From Mytilus californianus (lineage: Eukaryota): a stretch of 64,000 nt of DNA. The notes under the pieces were generated by a model that saw only the letters and a list, made by a program, of their open reading frames with translations, did no database searches and was not told where the DNA came from. This document shows, one piece after another, positions 1 to 14,700 of the stretch (within the stretch, counting starts at the first letter, position 1; every line of letters begins with the position of its first letter). The position numbers and the translations under genes are program-made. The DNA lies in NCBI RefSeq assembly GCF_021869535.1, contig NW_026262582.1, positions 11,222,001 to 11,286,000 on the forward strand. The letters are read 5' to 3'.

Positions 1-1670
1 TTAATTTGTACATCAGCACTGTGCATTTTGTTAAAAGAGAAAAATGAAAACTACACAAAAAAATGTATGATAATTTAAAAATATCAACTTTTTTGTATAA
101 GGGTTAGAAACTGAGGAAGGGCATGGTTTTAGAAGCCCTTCAACAATGTGTTGCTGAATATAAAACAGTTGATAGTGTTCTGACATTTATTTATTTTTGT
201 TTCTATACTTTAGCTTAAAAGGATACATTTATAATTAAGATATTAGCACATGTTTAAAACTTATTTTCCATCAATTAACGAGCCTCAGATTGTGAAGAAA
301 AGTGACATGACATGAAATCGACGTTGCACGAAATATCACTTTGTCGGTATATTCGGTAGAGAAAGACAAACAACAGGATACGGTCTAGCTGCATTAATAA
401 AAATACATGTTAAATGTACATTTGAATACTGTTTCAAGCACCTGATGATTAAGATTTTTCTTCATTCTGAATGCATGAAAGGTCATATCGTAATGTCTAG
501 AGCTCATATACATGTACAACCATATCAAAATAGTTGAACTTGAACATAAGGATAATTTTTCAGGCTCTTCCTAGTGTTTATTTTTAGTAACATAGTTAAA
601 TAATATGTAAAAAATTATGAAACAGAAAATGTTTTATATGTACATGAATGTTGCCAATGAAATTTAATTGTTAGATTGTCTGTTGTGTTGCGATTGAAGA
701 GTTTCTTTTTGTTTTGTTTTTGCAGTATTTATGTTGTTTTATTTCACAAAATGCACATTTTTGATCATCATCACAATCAAATTTCACAATGACAAGTATT
801 TGGCATGACTTGAATGAGTACATTTCTGTTTGAGTACTATAGTATTCATTCTTTCAATCTTTTAGGGAACTATGATGCAAGCTTAATCTACTAATTTCAA
901 TATTTCATCAGTTATATTTTATTAGAGGTATTCATCAGTTATCTGACATTAACCAATGGCTTATAATTCAGGGGAGGTAATAAAAAGATAAACAAACATC
1001 AACTCTTTATTAGACAAAGCTAGTTTTGTCCGCATTGAAAATATATTATTCATAATATTTTGTATTCCAAAATATAAAGCCAGATAATTTGTACAACAGG
1101 AGTTTTTTTTTAATCTTACTATATACTATTCCTAATAAAGTAAGTTACAATTCATTCCTTGAAATAAAAAATGTTCCAGAGTTGTCTTTGCTTACTTTGA
1201 GATTTTAGTTTCAGGTTTCACTGCTCACGGCTTTTTTAAGTGAATTAAAAAAATCCACAGTTATATATCATATTGTATCAGCTACTAATTACATTCCTGT
1301 ATTTAAATTCAAGGGGAGATAATTGACTCATCATGTGCTTTTATGGTTTGAGGCAATTTTAATTTTGTGTTATATCTGTTGGAGAAAGGATTCCTTGCTT
1401 ATATACTGAAATTAATAATGATTCATTAAATTTAGTTTATTGGTATGCAATACTGTTTTATACAGTTTTCTCTCAAGAAAAAAACGTTTTACTTTTTCAA
1501 ATTGTGTTGAAAAAATAAGTTTAAACACTTTAATACAGCAATTTATTCTGTCAGCATTCCAGCGAGAAATATTTACATAAAAGTAAATCTTAGCTAGCAA
1601 AAATGCAGATCAGATTAGATAATTATAATCAAATAAGACTAGGGTGAAAAAAACCAGCATTTTTCACTTT

Positions 1671-1934
1671 CAGACCTGCCAACTTTCCCGATTTATTGGG
1701 GAAATCCCCCATAAGAGGTGTTGACCTGAATTTTAAAATTCTTTATTTTATAAACTTAAAACCCTAAAGCAGGCATTCAAATGAGTTAAAAATGGGTATT
1801 TAAGCACATATAAACTCATTCAAACAATACTGTAACAGTAGTAGATTAAAGACACTAATGACAATATAAGAGGAGCATAAGGTCCTCTTGCACATAAAAT
1901 CCCACATGGAGATTTTGAAAAGTTGGCAGGTATA
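1671..1934. mobile_element. MITE with ACCTGCCAACTTT TIRs
   Basis: 13-bp inverted repeats; CACTTT on both flanks. Confidence 0.65.
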
Positions 1935-1986
1935 CACTTTGTTAAAAATTGATATTGTGACATGTTGATAATCACATTTCCTTTAA

Positions 1987-2192
1987 CTGTAAATTCAGAA
2001 ATTATTTTGAGGTTTTTATTTATGCCAATAATGCAACCAGAGCACTAGTTGAGTATCGCAATAATAAAAACTAACTCATATACATGTATCTGTATGCAGA
2101 TTTTCCTGAAATAGCAATAACTGATCTCTCATTTTCCTTCGTTCCTAAAAAATCCTAATTATAAATGCACACAATAATTTCGGAATTTACAG
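1987..2192. mobile_element. MITE, CTGTAAATTC TIR family
   Basis: CTGTAAATTCAGAAATTATT / AATAATTTCGGAATTTACAG; same family as 16625-16830. Confidence 0.75.
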
Positions 2193-2506
2193 TACTTTAA
2201 ACTTTTTTAACTGTTTACAGCTATATCATTGTATATTGTGAGAACTTTATTTTGATAGACATGGTTATTAGATGCACCCATTGTAACTTTGTAATTATTA
2301 ATGTCAGTAAGCTGTCATAGGGATTTTTTCAATTTTTTTATTATTGCAAAAAGTGTGATAGGATAGGTTTCACAAAAATTAACTCACATTTTATATTTTT
2401 CATAGAATTATTTGTACGCATATTTGTGTTGATTGTTCAACAATAAACAGATTAAAAGCATACAACAATTTCTGAATTTATTGCATTAAAACTGTTCTTA
2501 TTTCAG

Positions 2507-2752
2507 TTAAATCAACCATTCATGAAAAAAATTCCTGATGGCGCTGAAGCTGCAAACATCTGGGTGGGTGAAATTGATGCATTGAAATATCCAGTGACAG
2601 CATTTATACGTCTTTCTGAAGCCAGGCCAATCGGAGATTTGACAGAAGTGCCTCTGCCAACAAGATTTTTATTTATTCATCTTGGTCCAAATGGTACAGC
2701 TGGAAAATGTTTAGAAACAGGCAGAGCTATATCTACAATCATGGTAGACGAG
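2507..2752 (+). CDS. SLC4 exon: [15 protein letters not shown]...IMVDE (cytoplasmic domain)
   Basis: tttcag acceptor, GAG|gtaaaa donor, 82 codons. Confidence 0.95.
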
Positions 2753-5700
2753 GTAAAATGGGAAATTTTTACACCATTTATTGTAAAAAATATTTGCTGT
2801 GCAGCGCAGCAATCTTTGTTTCACTCTTCCCCACCAAACTGTTACATAAGAGAATACCTAAAGTAAATAAAATGGCTATGACTGTAATGAATATGATAGG
2901 TCATAAACTTATACGGTAATTTACCATTGATTCATTTTATTTGTGGGACTAGGTGCACATATTTACTAATTTTTTATGGATTTCATGGACAAAGTTTTAC
3001 CTAGAATTTAGGTGGTCAACAAAGTCCAATTTATATTTTAGCTTGTATCCTGAGTTTTGTTAAACCACAAAATCCAAGTATAAGCAAAAATGCAATTTCC
3101 CCTCAGTCACGAAAAATCGATACCTGGAAATACAAGTTGTTCAGCTGTAACAAAAAATTCCCAACAAATGGCATATACCTGAACATGCTGAGAGAATTTG
3201 TAAATGGAAGATTTTATTGAAACTGTCAAAAGCTTTTAATCTGTTGTGAACTAGTATTCACCCCCAGAAAAATCTGAAAAGAGTATTTCTCTTATATTTC
3301 ATAGTTTCACTGTCCCATGTAAGGGGAGGTTTCGGCATACACAAACATGTTTAACCACACACAATGTGCTCGTCTGAAGTTGGGAGCATGTTATTTAGGG
3401 GTTGTTGTTTGTTGCTGTTTTTCATAATTATTTTTTCTTCATTTGTTATTTTGTACTTAAATTAAGCTATTGGTTTTCTTGTTTTACATTTTGTTATGTC
3501 TGGGCCTTTTATAGCTTGGTAAACAGTATGGGTTTTGCTCATTGTTGAAGGGTGACCTATAGTTGCTAACATCCATGTCATTTGTTTTTTTTTCAAAAGT
3601 TGTATTGTTGGCAGTCATACCACATTTCCTTATTTTTATATAGCTACATCAACAGACAACTCCAGAAAATGAAACTGTTAAGAGGTGACTTTTATTTGAT
3701 GTAGAAGTATGAGTTGAGTTTATAGCTTATTGATTTTGGTACTTTCATAAAACTGAGTTAAAGGTTAAAAAGTTTAATTTCTATTTAGGTATTTAGAGAA
3801 GTTGCCTACAAAGCCAGGAATCGTCAAGATATCTTAAATGGAATAGATGAATTTTTAGATCAAGTGACTGTGCTGCCACCTGGTGAATGGGATCCTAAAA
3901 TCCGTATTGAACCACCTTCTACAGTTCCTTCGCAGGTTTGTAATAGATATGCAACTTTAACTTTTTGGGAGAGCCTTTACTCCATGAATACAATTGGTGA
4001 AGGCTGGTGTACTTAACCATGACCTTTAGGTGTAATACCACCAAATCATAGTACGTCACATCCGGTTGCATACGAAAATAGGTCGAAAAAAAATATTCCC
4101 TTGAATTTGACAGTTGTAGGTAATTGATCCTACATTTCATTGCAGTAAAACATTTCTGGGTCATAAACATATATCTTGGGTATTTCAAAGCACCATTATT
4201 TTTTTATTTGGGGTTTCTATAGAATATTTTGGAAACTTGAGGTTACATGGTTACTAAAGCTTGTACACAGGTTAAAAAAGGGGGAAAATTTGATTGGTTA
4301 ACTTCCAGTGATGGTTATTTTCTTATATGCAATGAAATGTTATGTGAAATTTTTTCTATAGTACTGGACAGGATCAAACTTTACTCATGCCAAGTATTTC
4401 TTTATTTGAAACAAAGATAAATTCTGCACAATTTTTTGAAAAGTGCAAATTTAACAAAGACTAATAGGGGAAAATCAATGGTGGTATTACACCTTAAACA
4501 TGAATTGTGCACTAATAAAAAAATTGGTTTATTTTCCAAACATTAATTTTGAAATCGTAGTCACATCCATACACAGATTAAGACTTCCTAATTTAACAAA
4601 ATGACCTCTGAACCACCCTCGGGTCATGGGTTAGATCAAATTAAAGTTTTTTAAATGGCATTGCTGCTTCATCTCTTAGCAGACACCAGTTAATGGGAAG
4701 CACAGATTTGTATAAAACTCAGCATTTAGGTCTAGCTCAAAGCAGTGTTCATAATCATATTACATCAACATAATTATTCTGAACATGATTAAAATCAAAA
4801 TATGCCAGTCAGGTGTTAGATACAGTATATGATGAAACCAAACTTCAACCATCCTTTAGACATTATTACAAGTGTTATTAGGCACTACTATTCATGAATT
4901 TTAAGCATAAATTTAGTTATTTTAGTACTTTTTTTCTCTATTTTCTTAAATTTTCTTTTGATCTTTCTGTGCAAGAATTTTTTTATCTCGAGCTACTCAA
5001 CCGTGCAGGTTTTACTAAGTAGAGTAGGGTGAATATTCATTGACGTAATAAGCCCAACACCATTGGCATCATTTTGCAAAAAATATACAGATTATCTATG
5101 GTGTTTGAAACATGAGGAGGTTTCTCAACTAAATCTCAATTCCGGGCTATCACCATTTGATGAGATTGTAGCAGAAGAGGGAGTGCACCATTTGATGAGA
5201 TTGTAGCAGGAAAGGGAGGGCACCATTTGATGAAATTGTAGCAGGAAAGGGAGGGCACCATTTGATGAGATTGTAGCAGGAAAGGGAGGGCACCATTTGA
5301 TGAGATTGTAGCAGAAGAGGGAGGGCACCATTTGATGAGATTGTAGCAGGAAAGGGAGGGCACCATTTGATGAGATTGTAGCAGGAAAGGGAGGACACCA
5401 ATTGATGAGATTGTAGCAGAAGAGGGAGGGTACCCTTTGATGAGATTGTAGCAGAAGAGGGAGGGCACCCTTTGATGAGATTGTAGCAGGAAAGGGAGGG
5501 CACCCTTTGATGAGATTGTAGCAGGAGAGGGAGGGCACCCTTTGATGAAATTGTAGCAGGAGAGGGAGGGTACCCTTTGATGAGACTGTAGCAGGAGAAG
5601 GAGGGTACCCTATGATGAGACTGTAGCAGGAAAGGGAGGGCACCCTTTGATGAGATTGTAGCAGGAGAGGGAGGGTACCCTTTGATGAAATTGTAGCAGG

Positions 5701-8700
5701 AGAGGGAGGGTACCCTTTGATGAGATTGAAGCAGGAGAGGGAGGGTACCCTTTGATGAGATTGTAGCAGGAGAGGGAGGGTACCCTTTGATGAAATTGTA
5801 GCAGGAGAGGGAAGGCATCCTTTGATTAGAATGTAGCAGAAGAGAGAGGGTACCCTTTGATTGGATTGTAGCAGGATAGGGAGGGTACCCTTTGATGAAA
5901 TTGTAGCAGGAGAAGGACGGCATCCTTTGATGAGATTGTAGCAGGAGAGGGAGGGTACCCTTTGATGAGATTGTAGCAGGAAAGGAAGGGTACCCTTTGA
6001 TGAGATCCAACCCAGGTACCTGAAAAACTAATCATTAATTCCTGAGTCCAGATAAGTGTTAATGGTAAATTCTAGCAAAAATAAAGGCCCAAACCTGTCA
6101 TCTCTAAAAAAAGTCCTTCTGCACTCTAGCAGAGAAACTCTTTTGTTTTTAGAGCCATAGATAAACTATATTTTTAAATATCAATCCCTTGAAACAGATA
6201 TTTTCAGTGATATTTTCATATCTTTATTTCAGCAAGGACGTAAAGAAAATAAACCACAACCAGCTGGGCCAAAGGAAGCTTTAATGTTCATCGAGGAGGA
6301 AGAGAGTCATGTTGATCCTACTCTAGTCAGAACTGGAAGGTAAATTGTAGGATTTGTGAACTGAATGGAGTAAAATTATCATTTCCTAGGAGTCTTTTAA
6401 AGTTTGGATTTAACTTTAGAAATAAAGATTTGATACAAGTCCTGGGTGTCCATGGAGGTATCAATGGATCCCAGCCATAAAGAGAAATGGTCAGCAATAG
6501 AAATAGAATTAGGCCTATGTTCAGTTCAAGTCTTCTCCCCAGGGTCTTTTTGCACCATGCTAATATAGTGATATATTGCTTGAATTTGATGCTATCTAAA
6601 ATTCTTCGAGTGTGACTCTTTAATTTCTAGAAACAAGATGGTATTTTCAAAATTCCCTATTTACAAGGATGCTATATGAAATTCATGGGGAGAACACTAA
6701 GGGAGCTACCATTTGATTTTTATGGGGGGCTATAATGAAATTTGAAAAAAAAAGGCAGGACAGGAGTTTTGAGTAAAAAAAAAGGCAGGATGAGCAACTT
6801 GGCCAAAAAAAAAGGCAGGATGACAATTTATGTCAAAAAAGTCGGGATGAACTAATAAAAAAAAAAGGCAGGACTGAATAGAGTGAAAAATAAAAAGGCA
6901 GGACAGAGATTACAACTAAAAAAAAAATGCAAGACAAAATTTTTCATTCTAGCCCCCCCCCCCCCTCCATAAAAATCAAATGGTAGCTCCCTAATATAAT
7001 TTGTCTTAATCTAAAGGTGGTGGATACTTTTATTGTTTCACCCAAAATAAATCAATCGTCACTTCAGTGGTCGAATTTCTATTGTTTATGACATTTTCAA
7101 CCAAACACAACCTTTTGGTGTATGCTTTTGAAAATATTACCTAGAATGCATTAGATTCAGAAAAGGGAATTGTTGCAGTGTTAAAATAGCTCTAAAACAC
7201 GATTTTGTGAAATTCTACATGAAAAGTTTGAACTTTTCCCAAGGGAGACAATTGTGATCAGCGAATTAAAATCTTGTGTTTCTCATGATCACATTAATAA
7301 GCCAAGCAAAATAGTTGTTTCTCATGATTATTAGGTATTGCAAACATGCTTAATTTTGAACTTTTTTTTTTGGAACGTTTGAATTGTATTCCTCTGTCTG
7401 TATGCCAGAATTGTAAATATCATGATTATGGCAGGTGACTTTTCATCTGCAAGAAGGTTCTTACACAGCTTAAGAAGAAAAGCATGGCTGATTGACAAAA
7501 TTCAAAGATGCAGTACTACCATAAACATAATAAATAGTAGCTTATGGACATTACCCTTGAGCTGTGTCGGATAGAAATCGACCTTATGCAAGTGCCTGTA
7601 TACATGTACATGTATAAGACTTTGATTGATTTAAAAACATTCAAATACATGTATGATATAAAAGATGAATGTTGGTCTGTTTTGTAGGGTTCATATATCA
7701 ACTCAATTTTCAAACAGTTACAGACTTTTAATAGAGAATTTTTTAACCCGAATAATTTCAGAATAAGTTAGCAAAGGTATTGATATTTATTTGCATAAGG
7801 TTGATTTCTATCCGACACAGCTCACTTATTGTAACAGATCACATAGTGTTGTCATTCTTGTAATTAAATTACCAAATCATTTTAAGTACAATGTACAAAT
7901 GCACCATCTTTTATTTTTTACAAGTAATCAAAGGATCAGATAAATGTCCTTCTTTGTGGATATTTTTAAATTGGAAAAGTCAACAATCATTTTGATATTC
8001 CTACACAAGAAAATATATCCTGGTTTTCTAGCTACTTGTTCACCTTTTCTACACAATAATTTTAAGTACTAGAATCATGCAAATAAAAGAAGAAAAAGAC
8101 TTATAAGCTCATCATCAGTATACCATATAAAAAAGCTATGACACTTTTTCTAGAGCACAAAACAGCGAGCGCAAAAAATGCCGCAAAAAATTGTAACCTT
8201 TGAAATTGTTGTCACACACTTAATCCCCCATGGGGATTTTCATAATTTTGCAAGTATGGACATTAACTCACTTTTTAGAATCTTTCCAATGCACTTGAAT
8301 GTCCATGATGTCAGAATTATATAATGATAAAATTTATAAGCTTTACCTGTTATTGAAGACATTTTTTTTGCTAAATATTGACCTTGACCTTGTCTTTTAC
8401 AGTTTATTTGGAGGTCTGGTTGCAGACATTAAGAGGAAAATACCATGGTATCCAAGTGATTTTAAAGATTGTTTACACATGCAGTGTGTGGCGTCTGTCA
8501 TTTATTTGTATCTTGCCACATTAACTCCAAACGTGACATTTGGTGGATTACTGGGAATAGCCACTGATAACTATATGGTAAATGCTAAGAATTAAGCAAG
8601 GCTGTTTCAATAAGACATATATGAAAACCATGAAGAAAAGGCTTCACATTTTGGATGAATACATAAGATTTAGTATTTTTCTGACAAGAAAACATATCTA

Positions 8701-11700
8701 AGCGGAAAAAGGGTGAAGGTTTGGTACCATTAAAACGTTTAAACCCGCTGTATTTGTTTGCACCTGTCCTAAGTCAGGAATCTGGTGTTCAGTAGTTGTC
8801 GTTTGTTGATGTGGTTCATAAGTGTTTCTCGTTTCTCGTTTTTTATATAGATTAGACCGTTGGTCTTCCCGTTTGAATGGTTTTACACTAGTAATTTTTG
8901 GGGCCCTTTATAGCTTACTGTTCGGTGTGAGCCAAGGCTCCGTGTTGAAGACCGTACTGTGACCTTTAATGGTTTACTTTTATAAATTGTGACTTGGATG
9001 GAGAGTTGTCTCATTGGCACTCATACCACATCTTCTTATATCTATATCTAAAAAAATGTTTTTACCCAAACCTTCAAAGTTACTTGGACAATTTTTCGTT
9101 GTTTTGACTTTTATATTGTTAGTAATTTTATCAATACAAAAACCAATGGAATTAATTTTTGCCAACCAGCCACTTAAGATTTATCTTATTTCTCAGATAT
9201 GGCAGCAGGCAATAATGAATAAAAGGAGATGTTGGGTTAACAGATTGATAGGTACTTAGATAAAAAACAAAAAAAAAGATAAATGAATACTGGAAACATA
9301 AATGGCATCAAGAAAAAATATAAAAAAAACATTGTTAATATATATAGAGATGCAAGAAAACCCTCTTAAACAAGCCCATAACATATGGAAAAGTGTGAAA
9401 TACAACACAAGAGATTTCAAGGCACCCCAGGTCTTCCCCCTTAGAAAAGAGACCACCTGCAAAGTAAACAAGATACTGGAAGAAAAACATATATTTCAAT
9501 TAATATGATTTTTTAGCAGTCATTATTGTCTTGAACATGCTTATGCTAGGAACAAAATTGATTTTGAACATTGTATTTTCAGGGAACAATGGAATGTATC
9601 CTGACTGCTGCTTTGACTGGTATCCTGTTTGCGCTTTTTTCTGGACAACCATTGAACATTTTAGGAAGTACTGGTCCCATGTTGGTGTTGGAAATGATAA
9701 TCTTTAAGTTTTGCAAGTAAGAAAATGCAGCAAATTTCTCTTGTTACAATGTCTTAAAAGCTCTTGAATTTTGATAGCTTTTTGATTTTTTTTAGAAAAA
9801 ATAACCCACTTGTGTAAACACAATGAAATATACAATCTTATGTAAATAACATTAATGGTACCAATTTACTGCACCAGATGCGCATTTTGACAATAAATGT
9901 CTCTTCAGTGATGCTCAAGGCCAAATTTGAAAATAGAAATGTTTGACATTGTACAAGTTATGATTAATTTTCATATTGAGTTCAACTTTCAGAATGTGGA
10001 GAAAATGCTTTATAAGGGATATTTCCAAAATGTATTTCTAATGAAGACAATTTATACAAAATGAACACCCATTGCAAACTTAATTTGGTAGGAGTTATTC
10101 AAAATAGCTATTTGACATTCAGACATGTTTATTTCAGTGACAGAGGATAAAATTTCCTGCTGTTGAGACCCATGCATCAGACATGTTGGCTATATCTGTT
10201 ACCTTGTGTTAATGATGTTTTGTTATTTTTTCCAGAGACAGAGACTGGGATTTCCTACCATTGAGAGCATGGGTCGGTCTATGGTCAGCATTTTTTCTCT
10301 TGATAATAGTTGCATTTGACCTTAGTGCACTTGTGAAATATATAACAAGATTTACAGAGGAAAGTTTTGCATGCCTTATAGCAATCATTTTTATTGTTGA
10401 GGCATTTAAAAAGCTGTTTGCTATAACGAAAAAACATCCTTTCAACATACACCCTGAGATTCCACTGGATTATACATGTGGCTGTTACCATCCAAATTTC
10501 ACAATGCCGGACCATAACAACAGTACCTTAATGAATATAACATCAGACATCGGATACACTTTAGTGGATATGACAAAAAGTATGTCAGACATTACCTTCA
10601 ATAAAACAGATTCAAACGTAACCGATTATTCAATGTATTTAACAAAAAAGGATTGTGAGGATAATGGAGGGATACGTTTGGGAAGTGGTTGTGACACAAT
10701 TGTTTACCATGACAACGTCTTCTTCCTGTCCATCATATTGTTTTTGTTCACCTTTGGAATAGCTTGGACCTTGAAGATGGCCAAGACAAGCAGGTTCTTC
10801 CCAACTTTTGTAAGTATAAAATGTTTCCATCTCTTTTTGTGTTATAACTTGACTTGGGATTCATTCTTTATTTAGAGCTATTCCAGCTATACGTGTTAAG
10901 GGAGGTAGTGGGGGAAGTTACTTGTAATTTTAGCCCACCATTCTAAAAAAACTTTGATGAATTTTTTTTTTTTAATTGTTGAGGCTATCAAACTCATAAC
11001 CCATAAAATAAAATTTCAAAAGAAGATCTAGAGCCTTTTGACCCCCAAATCATCAATTCTGGAACAACTCTTACAATATCTTCTTTAATACAGAGGATTT
11101 ATTTATTTTCCTTGGTATCAATTTACAAAAAATGTACCAGGTCACAGCTAATTCAGCTATTTAATATATACCTATTTTCTTGGTTTCATCATTTTCTCAT
11201 ACTAAAGTTATAAAAATTAGAATTTTCTTTAGGTATGTGACTTTGTAGTTATTCACCCTGCCAACAAAATCAACTTAAATTTGTTTACCCAATGGTTAAT
11301 AATGAACCACAGAAAAGGAGGTAAATTCATCATTGTTCATGGGTCACTGACTTTGGTGGAATAGGTGAACCACAAATACAAATGTTCAACAAAGTACATT
11401 TTGTACAAATCTTATATCATATAAAAGTAAGGAGTTGTGGTATCATTGCCAATGAGACAACTATCCACCAAAGTTCAAATGAACTTGATGTAAGCAATTA
11501 TAGGCAACCGTACAGCCTTCAGCAATGATGAAAACTCATACTGTATAGTCTGCTATCGATAAAAGGCCCCGACATGAAAAATATGGAACAATTCAATTGA
11601 GAAAACTAACAGCCTAATTTATAACAAAACAATTTACAAATAAACAAATATGACTGACATGACCCAACGACAACCACTATAGCTTATATCATGTATATGC

Positions 11701-14700
11701 AGACTCTGGCAAAAACAGGAAATCAAATATCCACCAAAATATAATTTTTCCTCCATCCACGAAAATGAATGAATCCACAGTATATCTTAAAACTTCACTA
11801 AAAGAGTCACGTGAACTTTTTAAAAAAATTTAATGTATAGATCTGCATGATCTGAGAATACTACTTATTAATTTATTATTTAAGAATAAACAAAATATCA
11901 ATGCAAGATATTCTTTGCGTTCATCAGACGATAATTGTCTTTTCAACCCACGTCCACGAACAAATTTTATGATAAAGACACTTCAATATTCCTGTACTGT
12001 TCTTTAAAACAGTATTCCTGTAGAAATAAAAGATAGAACAGTTCAAAACAAGGTATCATAATTTATTGTTTTTAGAACAAAATGGCTAATTATAAGATTC
12101 AAATACGACATGTACAACATGCAAGACCAATGAAATAATTATCACAGAAGTTTATCTGTAGTAAAAATATCCATATATTTGTCTTATACATCATTAAGGA
12201 AATATGTTAATGAGACGTAACACTTAATCTGTATGTTTTTTCACCATTTGTTTGCATAGTTAGTTGTATTTTTGTATATGTATATATATTATTATATTAT
12301 TTATCTCAGGGGAGATATGTATTGTACAAACTGATTTTACCCTCTTTAAATAAAGTATTAATTATTATAATTATTATCATATATTTTTGGATGTGTTGAA
12401 GAATTTGACAAGTTTTCTCTTCATTTTAGGTTCGTCAGTATTTGAGTGATTTCGCTGTGTTGATCTCTATTTTATGTATGGTGTTACTGGATTACTTTAT
12501 CGGTGTGCCCACACCAAAACTTGAAGTTCCAGCAAAATTTGCTGTAAGTATAACCACCTTTATTATCATGATTATAATTTTGTTTGATATATGTTTTGTT
12601 TTAAATGGAGGTATGATAAGAAGATAAGTATAAAGGAAGCAACCAATAAAATTTAATTTTGTTTATGTAAATTTTCAATATACCCAATTGCAGTCATACA
12701 AATTTTAGACACCATGGTACTGAGACTCATAAATCAACCAATCAAAATGCTGGATTCTGTGTTTCGAGCACAAATCTTGTACTCCGAGTACTGAGTAAAG
12801 TTTAATGACAGAGAGCCCTGGCCTTGCGGTCATACAAATTTTGAATACAATTAGCGTACTCAGACTCATAAATCAACCAATCAAAATGCTGGATTCTATG
12901 CTTCAAACATTTGTCAAACACATATTTTGTACTTTTGAGTACTGAGTGAAGTTGTATGACTGATAGCCCAGGTCCTTGTAATTATAAGAATGAAATAATG
13001 TATCATAGTGAGTGGATCATGTATGGTGAAGTACACTTAAGCATAGAATCTAGAAAATGTATGCAATTGATTTTTTAACCTTACACATTGGAATGAAGAA
13101 ATTATTTAAAATTTCCACAAATAGTAAAATTAAGGAATATGAATGAATTAAGTGCAGTTTTCTTCCAATAAAATCCTTTTGTTGTTGAAAAATTTGAACT
13201 GCAGATTTAATTCAGCAGCTGTATTTAAATTCCAGCCCTCCAGCCCTCATCGTGGATGGTTCATTAATCCGTTTAGTCCAAGGAACCCATGGTGGACTAT
13301 TCTAGTTGCAGCTGGACCAGCCATTGTTGCAGTCATTCTTATATTTATGGACCAGCAGATTACAGCTGTCATTGTAAACAGAAAAGAAAACAAACTTCGA
13401 GTGAGTTGATAATTCCCTGTTTATGGGTAATTTTATTGTTTGTACTAAAAAAAAAATGTTCCTTCAAACATGTGACCAGTATACACAACGATGCTCCTCT
13501 AGATTGTTGTTTATCCTTCAGTTGTAAAGCATCACTTCCCCCTGTGTTTATTTACCGCCACATGCAGGGGGGATTTGCTATGTTTGACACGGCATGGCAG
13601 TTTCGAAGTGGAAAAAACGATCAAGGTAAGAAAAGTATCAGAATTTATTTTTTGAGAATTGTTAGCACCAAATAATGTATTGCACAGAAGGAAGCGAACC
13701 ATAATCTATTTTCAGCAAGCAGAATCAGACGTTTCAAGTTCTCCGTTTTACTCAAACACCTCTCCCTAGTTTTCCATGTTGCAGATTTTGAGACTTCATA
13801 TACAAGTGTCAGGATAAAAACTATTTTTGGCAATTTTCCTGTATGATTTATATAGAAAATAATTCCTATCATAGAATTTAACAAAAAGCCACCTACTTAG
13901 TCAAAATATATTGGTTTTAAATTAAACTTTTTATCAAAATGTAATTTGTTGTTGGGAGCCGAATCCACCAACACATAAACTTCATCAAATTTCTTCACCA
14001 GTTTTCTCTACAAAGCACAGGTGCATGCTCTAAACAGGGCTTATTCTGAAAAGGAAAATGGCTTTATTTTCAATTGAAAATATATTTGGCAGATTTTCGT
14101 TTGTAAATATAGATGGCAGTATATCTGTGGAGTAAGTAAGCGAATTTGTTTCGAAGTAAGTCTTTTTTAGAGCGTGCACATGTGCTTTGTAGATAAAACT
14201 TGTGAAGAAATTTGATGAAGTTTATGTGTTGGTGGAATCGGCTTCAGGGAAAATCTTATACAGAGGTCTGCTCTGTGATTTTGCTCCATGTTTTGGTGCA
14301 TTATGCCATAGTTGTGACCTCTTCCTGACCATGATAGTATCAGTTGTCACAAACTGTATAGTCATTTGCTCTTTGTTTTTCAGAAAGGAAATGGATATCA
14401 TCTGGACATGATGGTTGTCACAGTCTGCATAATTATATGCTCCTTGTTTGGTCTCCCTTGGTATGTTGCTGCAACTGTGTCAGCACTTGCTCACATTATG
14501 AGTTTAAGGAAAGAGTCGGAATCTGCAGCTCCTGGAGAAAAACCTACATTCCTTGGTGTAAGGTGAGTAAATACTCAAATGATAAACCTGTAGTCCTTGC
14601 TGTAAGATGAGTAAATACTCAAATGATAAACCTGTAGTGTCCTTGCTGTAAGGTGAGTAAATACTCAAATGATAAACCTGTAGTCCTTGCTGTAAGGTGA

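Noticed and set aside
1-2506. Further upstream SLC4 exons
   Set aside because: No frame with SLC4 similarity and good splice sites was found; the 5' exons are presumably outside the window.
5125-6035. Four long - strand ORFs (up to 286 aa)
   Set aside because: They are translations of the 35-bp minisatellite, periodic and without a real start context.
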